From the IMG/VR virus record IMGVR_UViG_3300033551_000044, positions 1 through 24,109 of that record: a DNA stretch of 24,109 nt. The stretch is one strand, 5' to 3'. The notes under the pieces were generated by a model that did no database searches, had not been told where the DNA came from, and saw nothing but the letters and a program-made list of their open reading frames with translations. Positions 15,552 through 23,763 of this stretch are shown in pieces (positions within the stretch are counted from its first letter, which is position 1; each line of letters opens with the position of its first letter). This DNA comes from a virus (Duplodnaviria; Caudoviricetes). The position numbers were made by a program, and so were the translations under genes.

Positions 15552-16127
15552 CTATGCTCCGCTCTCAGTGTCACCGCTCACAGGCACCAGCCACTTGCGG
15601 ATGATGGGGTTAGCGTTGCCGGGGTTCGGGTAAGGCGCACCCGTCAGGATGACGCCCTCGAAATCGTCAGGCACGTTCGGCGGGTAGTCAGTGCGGTAGG
15701 TGAACACGTACTCAATCTGCACCTCCGCGAATGAGGCGTCGCCAATACGCGGATACACCACCTTGCGATCCATGCTGGCCACGCCTTCAATCATGGCCAC
15801 AAAGGTTGGATCGGTTAGCAGAACGGCGCTCACGCGCTCAGGCACCGCGCGCACCTTCACCAGCATGTCATCTTCATCGTTGGCGAGCATCAGCGCAGAC
15901 ACGCCGATTGAGCACTGGTGGTAGAAGCTGGGTTCGCCAGCATTGGCGTCACCGTCAGCGGTGGCCAGATCGCGCATCAAGAACACGGACAGGCTGGGCA
16001 GGTGCTTTGGGTCCACGTCCAGCATTGGCGTGCGGCGAAAGGTGGTGAAGGCTGCTTGCAAGGTGGCGTCAGCGCTCACCCTGAGGAACGCCGCTTCATG
16101 CAAATCGTTGGCGTGATCGTCACTCAT
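15552..16127 (-). CDS. Putative tail terminator/tail completion protein (191 aa)
   Basis: Start re-assigned to ATG 16127 (MSDDHAND), overlapping the upstream gene's end. Acidic protein between head-tail joining gene and sheath; function inferred from synteny. Confidence 0.6.
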   Translation of the reverse strand: MSDDHANDLHEAAFLRVSADATLQAAFTTFRRTPMLDVDPKHLPSLSVFLMRDLATADGDANAGEPSFYHQCSIGVSALMLANDEDDMLVKVRAVPERVSAVLLTDPTFVAMIEGVASMDRKVVYPRIGDASFAEVQIEYVFTYRTDYPPNVPDDFEGVILTGAPYPNPGNANPIIRKWLVPVSGDTESGA

Positions 16128-16473
16128 CGACCCAGCCCACCAGCATGAGGGTGCGACCGCCTTGACCGTCATCGTCGGTATCAGAGACGCGATACCAAAC
16201 GCCATCAACGCGAACGCGGTCGCCTTGCTCAGGTGCCACAGCGAACATGGCCGTGCCGTTCGCATTTTGCTCATCCAGCTTGATGCCGAGCGTTGTCCGC
16301 TGGGTACTCACCACGCCTTCAAGGGTCTGCACGTCAACCGGCGCGCTACTGAAAACACCGCGCGCATCGTACTCAGCCCCGGCAGGTACAGACGCGCGCG
16401 GCTCTATGCGAACCGCGCGCGAGAACATGGCGACTGCCGGGCCTAGTACCAGCTTGTTTAGGTCAAGGCCCAT
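16120..16473 (-). CDS. Head-tail joining (head closure) protein (117 aa)
   Basis: Immediately after the capsid gene. RGVF, P.QGD.V.VDG..Y.V.D...DG.G...L.L pattern of lambda FII-like proteins. Confidence 0.72.
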   Translation of the reverse strand: MGLDLNKLVLGPAVAMFSRAVRIEPRASVPAGAEYDARGVFSSAPVDVQTLEGVVSTQRTTLGIKLDEQNANGTAMFAVAPEQGDRVRVDGVWYRVSDTDDDGQGGRTLMLVGWVDE

Positions 16474-16485
16474 GGCACCGCAGGC

Positions 16486-17505
16486 TTACGCGCCCAGCTT
16501 GCCCTTCAGCAGCACGCGCGGGCGGGTGCAGATGTGCAGCGCGTTCATCTGCACGTCGAGGTGCACGCCCTTGCCGTTGCTCATTTCGTACTGCTTGGCG
16601 TACAGGCGCTTGCCCGGGGTGTTGACCGTCTCGATGTAGTCAGCCGGCGCGTGGTACGAGCGGAAAAGCCCGGGCACGCCGACCGGGATGAGGTGGCACT
16701 TGTCGTCATCGATGTACTTGGTAGCGCCCACCGCGCCGCGGTAGTTTTCCCAGACGATGCCGCCGAACTCGAACGTGCCCCAGCTTTGACCGCTCTGCAC
16801 GTAGCCGCCGCGCAGTTGGCTCGCCGCCTCCTGTGCGAGGTAGCTTTCGCGCACCTCGGCGTTCTTGATGAGCGCATCGAAGAAGCTATCCGAGCAGAGC
16901 GCGTGCACGCCGCTGAAGGGCAGGCCGCCCAACTCGTTGCCGGTGGTGCGGATGATGCCCGCCATGAACGCACGCAGGTTGCCGCTGTTCTTGTTCGCAA
17001 AGTCGAACGCCAGTTCGGCCACCTGCTCCACGCCGAACTCGTCGAACAGGTTCAGGTCGCTGCCGTCATCCGGGTACACCACGATGCCCTTGATGGCACC
17101 GATACGGGCGTATTCCTCGGTGGCAGCGAACGAGCGCTGGTGGTCGAGGAAGCGGCTGGCCAGCTTGCCTTGAAGCGTCTCAACGGCGCGCTCCTGACCG
17201 AAGGCGCGGATACCCTGCACTTCCTCGGCCATCACCGCATCGTTGATTTCTTGGTGCGGCACGTAGAACGGGCGCAGGTTGCGCTTGCCCTTGCCGACCG
17301 TGGTACCCGGCGCACCGCGCGGTGAGCGCGGCACCAAGATCAGTTGTTCCTCGGCACCCTTTTCGATGCCCACGGTGGTGGTGTCCACCGGGGTTTCCTC
17401 GAACAGGCCCATTGCGCCGATACGGCCGGGCACGAACTTCACATCGTTGATCGCGTCCGTCAGGTTGATGACCGAGAACGCGTCTTGCTTGAAGATATCC
17501 AACAT
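16486..17505 (-). CDS. Major capsid protein, lambda gpE-like family (339 aa)
   Basis: DIF..DAFS...LT.AIN....PG.....GLF, RG.P, VQG.RAFG, T.EY.R.GA.KG, F.FGG..WE.Y, APADY.ETVNT.G...YAK and Q.N.L..CTRP..L motifs. Start at 17505 has a GGAG RBS (track start 17520). Confidence 0.95.
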   Translation of the reverse strand: MLDIFKQDAFSVINLTDAINDVKFVPGRIGAMGLFEETPVDTTTVGIEKGAEEQLILVPRSPRGAPGTTVGKGKRNLRPFYVPHQEINDAVMAEEVQGIRAFGQERAVETLQGKLASRFLDHQRSFAATEEYARIGAIKGIVVYPDDGSDLNLFDEFGVEQVAELAFDFANKNSGNLRAFMAGIIRTTGNELGGLPFSGVHALCSDSFFDALIKNAEVRESYLAQEAASQLRGGYVQSGQSWGTFEFGGIVWENYRGAVGATKYIDDDKCHLIPVGVPGLFRSYHAPADYIETVNTPGKRLYAKQYEMSNGKGVHLDVQMNALHICTRPRVLLKGKLGA

Positions 17506-17575
17506 TGGATTTGGCTCCATCCTTCAGGTTAGGCGCGTCTCAGATGAGTACGGCCGGCGTCAGCAGCAGCAGGCT

Positions 17576-17956
17576 TCAGCGAACGATGATGCCGACCGCC
17601 GACAGTTCGGCGTGCTTCGCCGCCTTCTCGGGGTCGGTGGTAACGGTGCTGGCGTACTCAAGAACTTTGCCGTTCACCTCGGCGTCACGCGTGATGGCGG
17701 CCACGGCCTGATCGGCGTCGGTGGCGTCCACCTCGTAGATGGTGACGGCCACGGCCGTCTCCGCACCTTCTTCGCCGGTGTCAATGCCGTCATGCGACGG
17801 CCAGTATTTGCCATCGGCCGTGATCTTGCCGACCACCGTGCCGGCCTTGACCACGCCAGCGCCGGTCTTGATCGTGATGCTGTCACGGGAGCGGGAGCCA
17901 CTGGCTTCCGACAGAATGAACTCACCCGGGTGACGGCCTTCGGTCAGTGCAGCCAT
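17576..17956 (-). CDS. Head decoration protein, lambda gpD-like (126 aa)
   Basis: E..H.GEF..SEA.G.RSR, GTV.GKITA.GKY, DG.E.A.A, DAT.AD, RDAEV and L...GI.VR motifs. Strong RBS AGGAGAAAGG. Confidence 0.9.
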   Translation of the reverse strand: MAALTEGRHPGEFILSEASGSRSRDSITIKTGAGVVKAGTVVGKITADGKYWPSHDGIDTGEEGAETAVAVTIYEVDATDADQAVAAITRDAEVNGKVLEYASTVTTDPEKAAKHAELSAVGIIVR

Positions 17957-18004
17957 TTTGGCGATCCTTTCTCCTGAGGGGCACGCCCTCTGAAAATCTG
18001 GCAG

Positions 18005-18033
18005 CTTTTACGCTCTTACAGTGGCGAGGTAAA
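18005..18033 (-). promoter_or_regulatory. Possible internal promoter for decoration/capsid genes
   Basis: TTTACC-N17-TAAAAG in an AT-richer 88-bp intergenic gap. Weak match to sigma70 consensus. Confidence 0.25.
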
Positions 18034-18044
18034 TCCCCCCGCCC

Positions 18045-19073
18045 CTACTTCTCAGCCTTTTCGAGGCCGGCGCGAGCGTTGACGGCCTTGACCGCCTTGC
18101 CCCAGCCGGCCTTGGCTTGCGCCGTGGTGACCGTGCTGCCGCTGGTGCCGGTGTCCGCATGCTGCCCCACCACCGTTTCCGGCTCGCGGTCAGCCTTGGC
18201 TTTCGCCAGCGCGGTGCGCACCTCAGCGACAGGCTTGTAGGCGGCGATGAAGTCGGCCGCCTTGCCGGGGTATCCGGCCAGCGCACACAGGTCGCGCACC
18301 TCGGCGGCGTAGGCCGTAAACTCGGCCTGAAGCTTGGGGCGGGCGGCGTCGAGGCTCACCACGTTGCCGCCAGTCTCGGCCGGCGGCGAGGCGGCGGCAG
18401 CCGCCGCGGCCGGCGGCGCGGGCGGGGTGACGGGCGGCGGCGCATCCTTGTCCAGCGCCGCCTTGAACGTGGCGCGCGCCTTTTCGGGCAAGCACGCCAG
18501 CGCCGGGGCAGCGAACTTGGCGGCCATCTTCACATCGGCCGTCACCTCATCGACATAGCCAAGCTCTTTGGCTTCGGTGGCCGTCATAAGACGGTCCTCG
18601 GCCATCAACTTGCCCACCGCCTCGGCCGACTGGCCCGAGCGCGACGAATAGGTGGCCGTGAAGCTGTCCGTCATACGCCCCAGATCGGCGGCCACGCGCT
18701 CCATGTCAGCCTTGGTGCCGAACGCAATGCCGTGCGGCTCGTGAATGAGCATGAACGTGTTCGCCGGGGCGATGATCTTGTCAGCGGCCATGACGACATA
18801 GGACGCCGCAGATGCAGCGATGCCGTCGATGTGCGCCTCCACATCGGCCTTGTGGTTCTTCAGCATGTTGTGGATGGCCACGCCGTCCATCACATCGCCG
18901 CCGGGCGAGTTGACGCGCAGCTTGATCTTGCTCACGTCCCCCAGCGCCTTGAGGTCGGCGTTGAACTTCTCAGCCGACACGGCGTCATCGTCCCAATAGC
19001 TCTTGCCGATAACGTCATAGATGATGATTTCGCCAACGCCGCCTTCGGCCTTCATGCTGTACCAGTTGCGCAT
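18045..19073 (-). CDS. ClpP-family prohead maturation protease with C-terminal scaffold region (342 aa)
   Basis: I.IYD.IG, NSPGGDV.DG.AI.N.LK, IDG.AASAAS (catalytic Ser), MIH.P-like MLIHEP, A.EA..LG.VD motifs, then a Pro/Ala linker and helical tail. Confidence 0.93.
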   Translation of the reverse strand: MRNWYSMKAEGGVGEIIIYDVIGKSYWDDDAVSAEKFNADLKALGDVSKIKLRVNSPGGDVMDGVAIHNMLKNHKADVEAHIDGIAASAASYVVMAADKIIAPANTFMLIHEPHGIAFGTKADMERVAADLGRMTDSFTATYSSRSGQSAEAVGKLMAEDRLMTATEAKELGYVDEVTADVKMAAKFAAPALACLPEKARATFKAALDKDAPPPVTPPAPPAAAAAAASPPAETGGNVVSLDAARPKLQAEFTAYAAEVRDLCALAGYPGKAADFIAAYKPVAEVRTALAKAKADREPETVVGQHADTGTSGSTVTTAQAKAGWGKAVKAVNARAGLEKAEK

Positions 19074-19099
19074 CGGGGTTCTCCTTCTTCGGTGTTGGG

Positions 19100-20689
19100 C
19101 TAGGCCGCGGTGGCGGCCGGGTCATCTTCTTCGTCGTCGCGCTCAGGCGTCTGCACCACGTCGCTGCCTTCAAGCAACGGATCGGGCAGCACTGACCCGG
19201 GCGCGCGGGCTTGCGTGAGCCCCGCCTTGCTGACCTTGCGCGCATCGCTGTCAAGGACCAGCCCGTAGTCATCCAGCAGCGCCGCGTCATCGGCAATGCG
19301 TTCAAGTGCCTCAACCGCATCGTAGCCGTTGGCTTCCAACACATCACTGAGCGGCTTGAAGCCAGCGCGCACGGCGATCAATTCAGCGTTGGTGTCTTTG
19401 TACGGGTCAGCCCACTGAGAGGCTGGCGCGATCCAGCGCGTGCGCACGTAATCCAGTGGCGCGGTGCGGTACTGTGTTGCGGTCACCGGCAGCGCGCCGG
19501 ACAGCACGCCGGCCTTGAACCATTGCGCTCGCACGGGGCGGCACATTTGGTAGACCATCACGCCGTGCTGCACTTGCTCAAGGCGGCGGTGAAATTCAAC
19601 GATGCCACCGCGCGATGACGAATAGTTGGCCTTCTTCAGGTCACCCGTCATGGCCGCATAGGGTATGCTCAGCGCTGAAGCGATCGATAGAAGGTTACGG
19701 TACTGAAACGCCTCGTATGATCCGCCCACGTCCGCCGGCGAAGCAAACTCAATTTCCTCACCGGGTAGAAGCTGCTGAAGCGTGCCGGGCTCTAGCGTCA
19801 CCTGCGGCACGTCTTGCAAGTCATCCGCCTCAGGGGCCTCATCCTCGAACACCGCCTCGGGTGCCTTGATAAAGCCGGCGAACAGCGCAGCTACCTTCTT
19901 GCGCTCCAACTCAGCGTCATCGTAGCTGTCCAGCAGCCACAGCTTGAGCATGGCCGGCGCAACCCACGGCAAGCCACGCACCTGACCGGGGCGAAGCGGG
20001 CGGAAGATATGCAACACCTGATCGGCCGGCACGCGAACCGGCGAGTTGGTATCGCTGCCATCGAACACAAGGCCATCACCCGGGTGGCGGCGGTAAAACC
20101 AATAGGCCACGCGCGCGCCGATGGCGTTGAACTCCACGCCGTTGACAATGCGATTGCCGTTGTCCGCGACCTTGTTCAGTTCGATAGGGCACATATCCCC
20201 TTCAAGTAGCTGAAGCTGTAGCGGCACGCTCAGCCCGTCCTCGGGGCGGCGCGCGCGCAAGCGGATGAAGCACTCACCCGCCTCAAACATGGCGCGGCCG
20301 GCCAGCGATTGCAGGCCGTAAAAATCTGAGAGGCCGTCAGCGTCGGCCTCATCTGTCCAGTCAGACCATGCCTGCGACACGGCCTTGCGTAGCGCCTTGT
20401 CGCTGATAGTGGGCGACGGCTTGATCCCGGTGCCAACCAAGTTGGCCACAAAGCTTTCGCAGGCTGACGCGGCGTAGGGATTGTTTCGCACCAACTCACG
20501 CGCGCGGTCGCGCAGCTTGCGGCCGTCCATGGCCACCAGCCTATTCGGCCCCTCGCTACCGGGTCGCCAGTGACCTAGGCGGCGGCGCACCGATGCCGCC
20601 TCATAAGACATGCGCGCACCGTGGGCGACCTTCTTCGCCTCGGCCGGCACCTTCACAGCCTTTGCCTTGCGGGTGGTCTTGCTAGCCAT
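19100..20689 (-). CDS. Portal protein, lambda family (529 aa)
   Basis: LR.RAR.LVRNN.YA, DFYGLQ, GECF.R, PLQLQLLE, GVEF...G.RVAY, RPGQ.RG.P, Y.DAEL..K, L.PG, NYSS.R and W.DP.K motifs. Confidence 0.96.
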   Translation of the reverse strand: MASKTTRKAKAVKVPAEAKKVAHGARMSYEAASVRRRLGHWRPGSEGPNRLVAMDGRKLRDRARELVRNNPYAASACESFVANLVGTGIKPSPTISDKALRKAVSQAWSDWTDEADADGLSDFYGLQSLAGRAMFEAGECFIRLRARRPEDGLSVPLQLQLLEGDMCPIELNKVADNGNRIVNGVEFNAIGARVAYWFYRRHPGDGLVFDGSDTNSPVRVPADQVLHIFRPLRPGQVRGLPWVAPAMLKLWLLDSYDDAELERKKVAALFAGFIKAPEAVFEDEAPEADDLQDVPQVTLEPGTLQQLLPGEEIEFASPADVGGSYEAFQYRNLLSIASALSIPYAAMTGDLKKANYSSSRGGIVEFHRRLEQVQHGVMVYQMCRPVRAQWFKAGVLSGALPVTATQYRTAPLDYVRTRWIAPASQWADPYKDTNAELIAVRAGFKPLSDVLEANGYDAVEALERIADDAALLDDYGLVLDSDARKVSKAGLTQARAPGSVLPDPLLEGSDVVQTPERDDEEDDPAATAA

Positions 20690-20691
20690 GG

Positions 20692-20916
20692 TCAGATGCC
20701 TGAGCCTGAGTAGTAGCCGCGGCTGGCGGCAACCCTCAGCGTCTTGCGCTTAGGCTTGCCATCGAGTTGAGCCTGAAGGTCAGCGCGCGCTTGGCGCATT
20801 TCGTCAAGCGAACGGTACTCGGCAGACTTGCCATCGTAGGACGCACGCAGCACGCCGCTGGCCATGGCTTCATCGAGTGCTGCGATCCACGCCTGAAGCT
20901 GCTGTGTAGTGGCCAC
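20692..20916 (-). CDS. Head completion protein, lambda gpW-like (74 aa)
   Basis: L..A.ASGVLR..YDGK..EYRSL.EM motif, located between terminase and portal. GTG start with GAGG RBS. Confidence 0.88.
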   Translation of the reverse strand: MATTQQLQAWIAALDEAMASGVLRASYDGKSAEYRSLDEMRQARADLQAQLDGKPKRKTLRVAASRGYYSGSGI

Positions 20917-20925
20917 CGCCTGCCC

Positions 20926-22857
20926 TCACCGCCCCATGAACAGCGACCGAAACAGACGGCGGCGCTGCCCCTTGCGAGGCGCACTCATAACATCGGGGCG
21001 GGGCAGTTGGCTATCCCCCTTTTTCGGGCGGGCTGGGGACGGCCCGGCGGGCGGCGGCGGCGCTTGCCGGCTGGTGGCCGGCACCTCAGGGGCCAGCGGC
21101 GGCGGGCCGACCAACCTAATGGGGATAGAAGCCCGCGCGGCCAGCGCATAGACGTAGGTATCAAGCGCTTCGTTTCGCTTTTTCTCGGGCAGCACCCAGA
21201 CGCGGTAGGGCTTGCCCTCTTTCTTGCGCGTCACAACCTGTTCGGCGGTCAACTGATCGAAGTAGTCTGCATCGAAGCCCTGACCGGCCGGGAAGTGAAT
21301 GTAACCGGGGCCGGGTCTGGTAATGCGAAGGCGGCCGTAGATCGTATCCTTGCCGGTATCAACGCCCACCAAGAACACTTCGTTGCGCTTGTCCTTTGTT
21401 TTGCTGACGCGCTTCGGCCACACCGGGTAGGGGCCGGCGCGACCTTTGATCGGGAAGATACGCCGCGCGCGGCGCTTGTTGGTGAAGTCGAACACCGCGT
21501 TCGCATGGTGACCGCCAGTGTCAACGCACGCCGCGCGCACGCGTAGCTCCCGGCCGTCATCCGTGGTCAAGCGCTCAAGCAGCAGCGCATCTAGGTCATC
21601 CCACACTTGCTTCTGTGCCGGGTCACCATGGATGACCTCGTACCGCAGCGCCCAGCTTTCTTCGTTGACGCCCCAGCCCCACCATTGCGCCTCTAGGCGG
21701 TCACCCTGCACGTCAACGCCTACAGTCACCAGCCGCACGCCGGCCGGCACCGTGGCAGGCGAGTAGTTTTCGCCGCGCGTCAGCAGGGCGCTGCCCTCAA
21801 CCTTCTCAGCAGGTTCCTCCCACACCTCGCCCAGCACGGTATTCGTCCACACCTGCAACAGCGCAGGATCGTGCCGCGCCGCCAAGAACTCGCGCACAAT
21901 GTCTTGCATGGTCAGCCACGGTGACAGCAGACCGGGGATATGAAAGCCGGCAACGCCGGCCGGGCTCACCGCTGTTGCTCGCCATTCGCCGCGCTGAGCG
22001 GCGTCAAACCTATCAATGTCATCCCAGATGGCACCGCAGTGCTCGCACACATAGTGCGCCGTGTCGGGCATGTGCTCACCCTTCTCATCTTTGTCCCACC
22101 GCACCTGCGACCACTGAAGGTGCTGGGCTTCACCGCACGCGTGGCACGGCACAAAGTAGCGGCGCTGATCTGACGCCTCCCACTCGCGGTTTATGACGCT
22201 GGTGGCCTTCAGCACTGGCGTGGACCCCACCAGCGTCTTCCTATTCCAGAACGTGGTCTGGCGCTTGGCTGCCAGCGATAGCGGGTCACCTTCGGTGCCG
22301 GCTGACACGGGGTAGCGGTCAACTTCGTCAGCTAGCACCACGCGTATAGGCCGCGAGGCAAGCTGTGACGGCGCGTTGGCACCGATGATTGCCAGCCGCC
22401 CGCCGGGAAACACCTTGCCTAGTATCGTGTTGCCAGTAGTACGCGAGCGGGCTTCCTGCACGCGACCACGCAAGGCCGGCGTGTCGCGCAGCATTGGCGC
22501 TAGCCGATCCTTTGACCACACCTCAGCAAGGTCAATGGTGGGCTGGATGACAAGCAGCGAGCACGGGTCTTGATCGATGAAGTAGCCGCACGCGTTATTC
22601 AGTATCTCAGTCCACCCAACCTGAGAGCCCTTGATGCACACCACCTTCCCTATGGCTGGGTCACAGATAGCGTCCATCACGCCGCGCTGGTATTCCGCAC
22701 GCGCGGTGCGCCACTTGCCGGGCTCGGCAGAACTTTCAGGTGACAGGTAGCGCTTCGCGTCGGCCCACTCAGATATCGTCAGCCTCGGCGGCGGCGCGAA
22801 CGCGTGCATCGTCGAGGTGGCCAGCGCTGCCACTGGCGGCCGGCAGTGCAGTGACAT
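20926..22857 (-). CDS. terL: Terminase large subunit, lambda gpA family (about 643 aa; start uncertain)
   Basis: PPP.L..SEWAD..YL, YQR..MDA, KGSQVGWTE (Walker A variant), VVLADEVD (Walker B), STP, SDQRRY.VPC..CG, GVDVQ, DTGG and RNEALD motifs. Possible starts at 22899, 22857 or 22809. Confidence 0.96.
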   Translation of the reverse strand: MSLHCRPPVAALATSTMHAFAPPPRLTISEWADAKRYLSPESSAEPGKWRTARAEYQRGVMDAICDPAIGKVVCIKGSQVGWTEILNNACGYFIDQDPCSLLVIQPTIDLAEVWSKDRLAPMLRDTPALRGRVQEARSRTTGNTILGKVFPGGRLAIIGANAPSQLASRPIRVVLADEVDRYPVSAGTEGDPLSLAAKRQTTFWNRKTLVGSTPVLKATSVINREWEASDQRRYFVPCHACGEAQHLQWSQVRWDKDEKGEHMPDTAHYVCEHCGAIWDDIDRFDAAQRGEWRATAVSPAGVAGFHIPGLLSPWLTMQDIVREFLAARHDPALLQVWTNTVLGEVWEEPAEKVEGSALLTRGENYSPATVPAGVRLVTVGVDVQGDRLEAQWWGWGVNEESWALRYEVIHGDPAQKQVWDDLDALLLERLTTDDGRELRVRAACVDTGGHHANAVFDFTNKRRARRIFPIKGRAGPYPVWPKRVSKTKDKRNEVFLVGVDTGKDTIYGRLRITRPGPGYIHFPAGQGFDADYFDQLTAEQVVTRKKEGKPYRVWVLPEKKRNEALDTYVYALAARASIPIRLVGPPPLAPEVPATSRQAPPPPAGPSPARPKKGDSQLPRPDVMSAPRKGQRRRLFRSLFMGR

Positions 22858-23320
22858 TGAACCTTGAGAGTTCTGAGAGCGCTTCGGTGATTTCGTCACG
22901 TAAGGCTTCCTCGACGGCTAGCGCGGTCTTGACGGTCAGCAGCCGTGCACCAAGCTTGCTCGGTATCACCAATAACCTAGTCTTGACGTTCTGGACAATA
23001 GCCGTCCACGCCATACGCACTTCCTCAACGTGCAAGTAGGTGCCGCGCATCCGCGCTAGCTCAATCTCCGCCATGTCAGCAGCCGCCTTCGTCTTTCTAG
23101 CGCGCTCCTGCGTGAACGCCTCGCTGCCTAGCTCAACACCGACAGCACGAGCGCGAAGAAACTTCACGTAACCCTGCACGCTGCCGATCAACTCATACTT
23201 GCCGCGCTCAGGTGCAGGGATAACGCCATCCTTGGCTAGCTGCTGCACCCGCCGGGGCGTCACGTCCAGCAGCTTTGACAGGTTGGCCAGTGAAAGGGTG
23301 ACAACGCCGCTGTCCGCCAT
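22769..23320 (-). CDS. terS: Terminase small subunit, lambda Nu1-like (183 aa)
   Basis: N-terminal winged HTH (LSKLLDVTPRRVQQLAKDGVIP...GKY.L...V..Y..FLR) and coiled coil ERARKTKA.AD..E.E.A...G. ATG at 23320 with AGGAG 7 nt upstream. Confidence 0.9.
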   Translation of the reverse strand: MADSGVVTLSLANLSKLLDVTPRRVQQLAKDGVIPAPERGKYELIGSVQGYVKFLRARAVGVELGSEAFTQERARKTKAAADMAEIELARMRGTYLHVEEVRMAWTAIVQNVKTRLLVIPSKLGARLLTVKTALAVEEALRDEITEALSELSRFNVTALPAASGSAGHLDDARVRAAAEADDI

Positions 23321-23392
23321 GGTCATTCTCCTAGAGGCCGTTTTGCTGGGGTTTTGAGGGTCCGGGCGTTGGCAAATACGCCACGGCACCCC

Positions 23393-23421
23393 TTGCAACC
23401 CCTGCGGGGAATTGGGATATT
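23393..23421 (+). promoter_or_regulatory. Putative sigma70 promoter for the plus-strand unit
   Basis: TTGCAA (23393-23398), 17-nt spacer, GATATT (23416-23421), immediately upstream of the structured leader. Confidence 0.45.
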
Positions 23422-23426
23422 GTTGG

Positions 23427-23735
23427 GGTCGGTGCCAACGGCGGCAGTAGCCAGCCCGCGGCACCCAATAAAACCAACGATACGGCCACAAGGTAAGGGC
23501 CGGGCTCTTTGAAAAGCGAACCTCAAGACCAAGGCGCAGGCTCCTACTCGTTGTAGCCGCCGCCCGGTCACGCAGTGGGCAGCAGTAGCTAGCCCAGCCG
23601 GCACACACTCGCCGGTGATTGCGCGACTGAGGCGAACCGCCGACAGTGCAGGTTCAGACCAACCAAGCATGTATCTCAAACAAGCAAACACGTCCACGGG
23701 GCGGCGCACGCTGCCCCGTGTGGTGTTTGCTTTCC
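23427..23735 (+). ncRNA. Candidate structured leader or ncRNA
   Basis: Multiple hairpins whose G-U pairs favour the plus strand, a duplicated AGUA-loop hairpin with a compensatory change, and a long hairpin at 23682-23732. No convincing CDS in this stretch. Confidence 0.45.
23504..23515 (+). promoter_or_regulatory. boxA-like antitermination element
   Basis: GCTCTTTGAAAA resembles rrn/lambdoid boxA (GCTCTTTAACA) and lies about 80 nt downstream of the putative promoter, on the same strand. Confidence 0.5.
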
Positions 23736-23763
23736 ACCTCAACCAACCAAACGGAGAATGACG

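Noticed and set aside
18011-18020. CGCTCTTACA, matching the lambda nutR boxA
   Set aside because: It lies on the plus strand, antisense to the late operon, with no adjacent boxB or plus-strand gene. Probably chance.
774-23039. Numerous plus-strand ORFs of 60-330 aa overlapping the structural genes (e.g. 14492..15277, 16534..17325, 18117..19103, 20767..21546)
   Set aside because: Antisense shadows expected in high-GC coding DNA. They show no recognisable motifs and overlap well-supported genes.
23554-23565. Minus-strand GGGCGGCGGCTA resembling the lambda cohesive end (9/12), about 240 bp upstream of terS
   Set aside because: GGGCGGCG is common in this GC-rich DNA and no flanking symmetry or R-site repeats were recognised. 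A cos site is expected near here, but read-terminus analysis is needed to place it.
23625-23666. tRNA-like GGTTC...ACCA and hammerhead-like CTGA...GAA fragments
   Set aside because: No T-arm complement or cloverleaf, and the hammerhead core (CUGANGA...GAAA) is incomplete.
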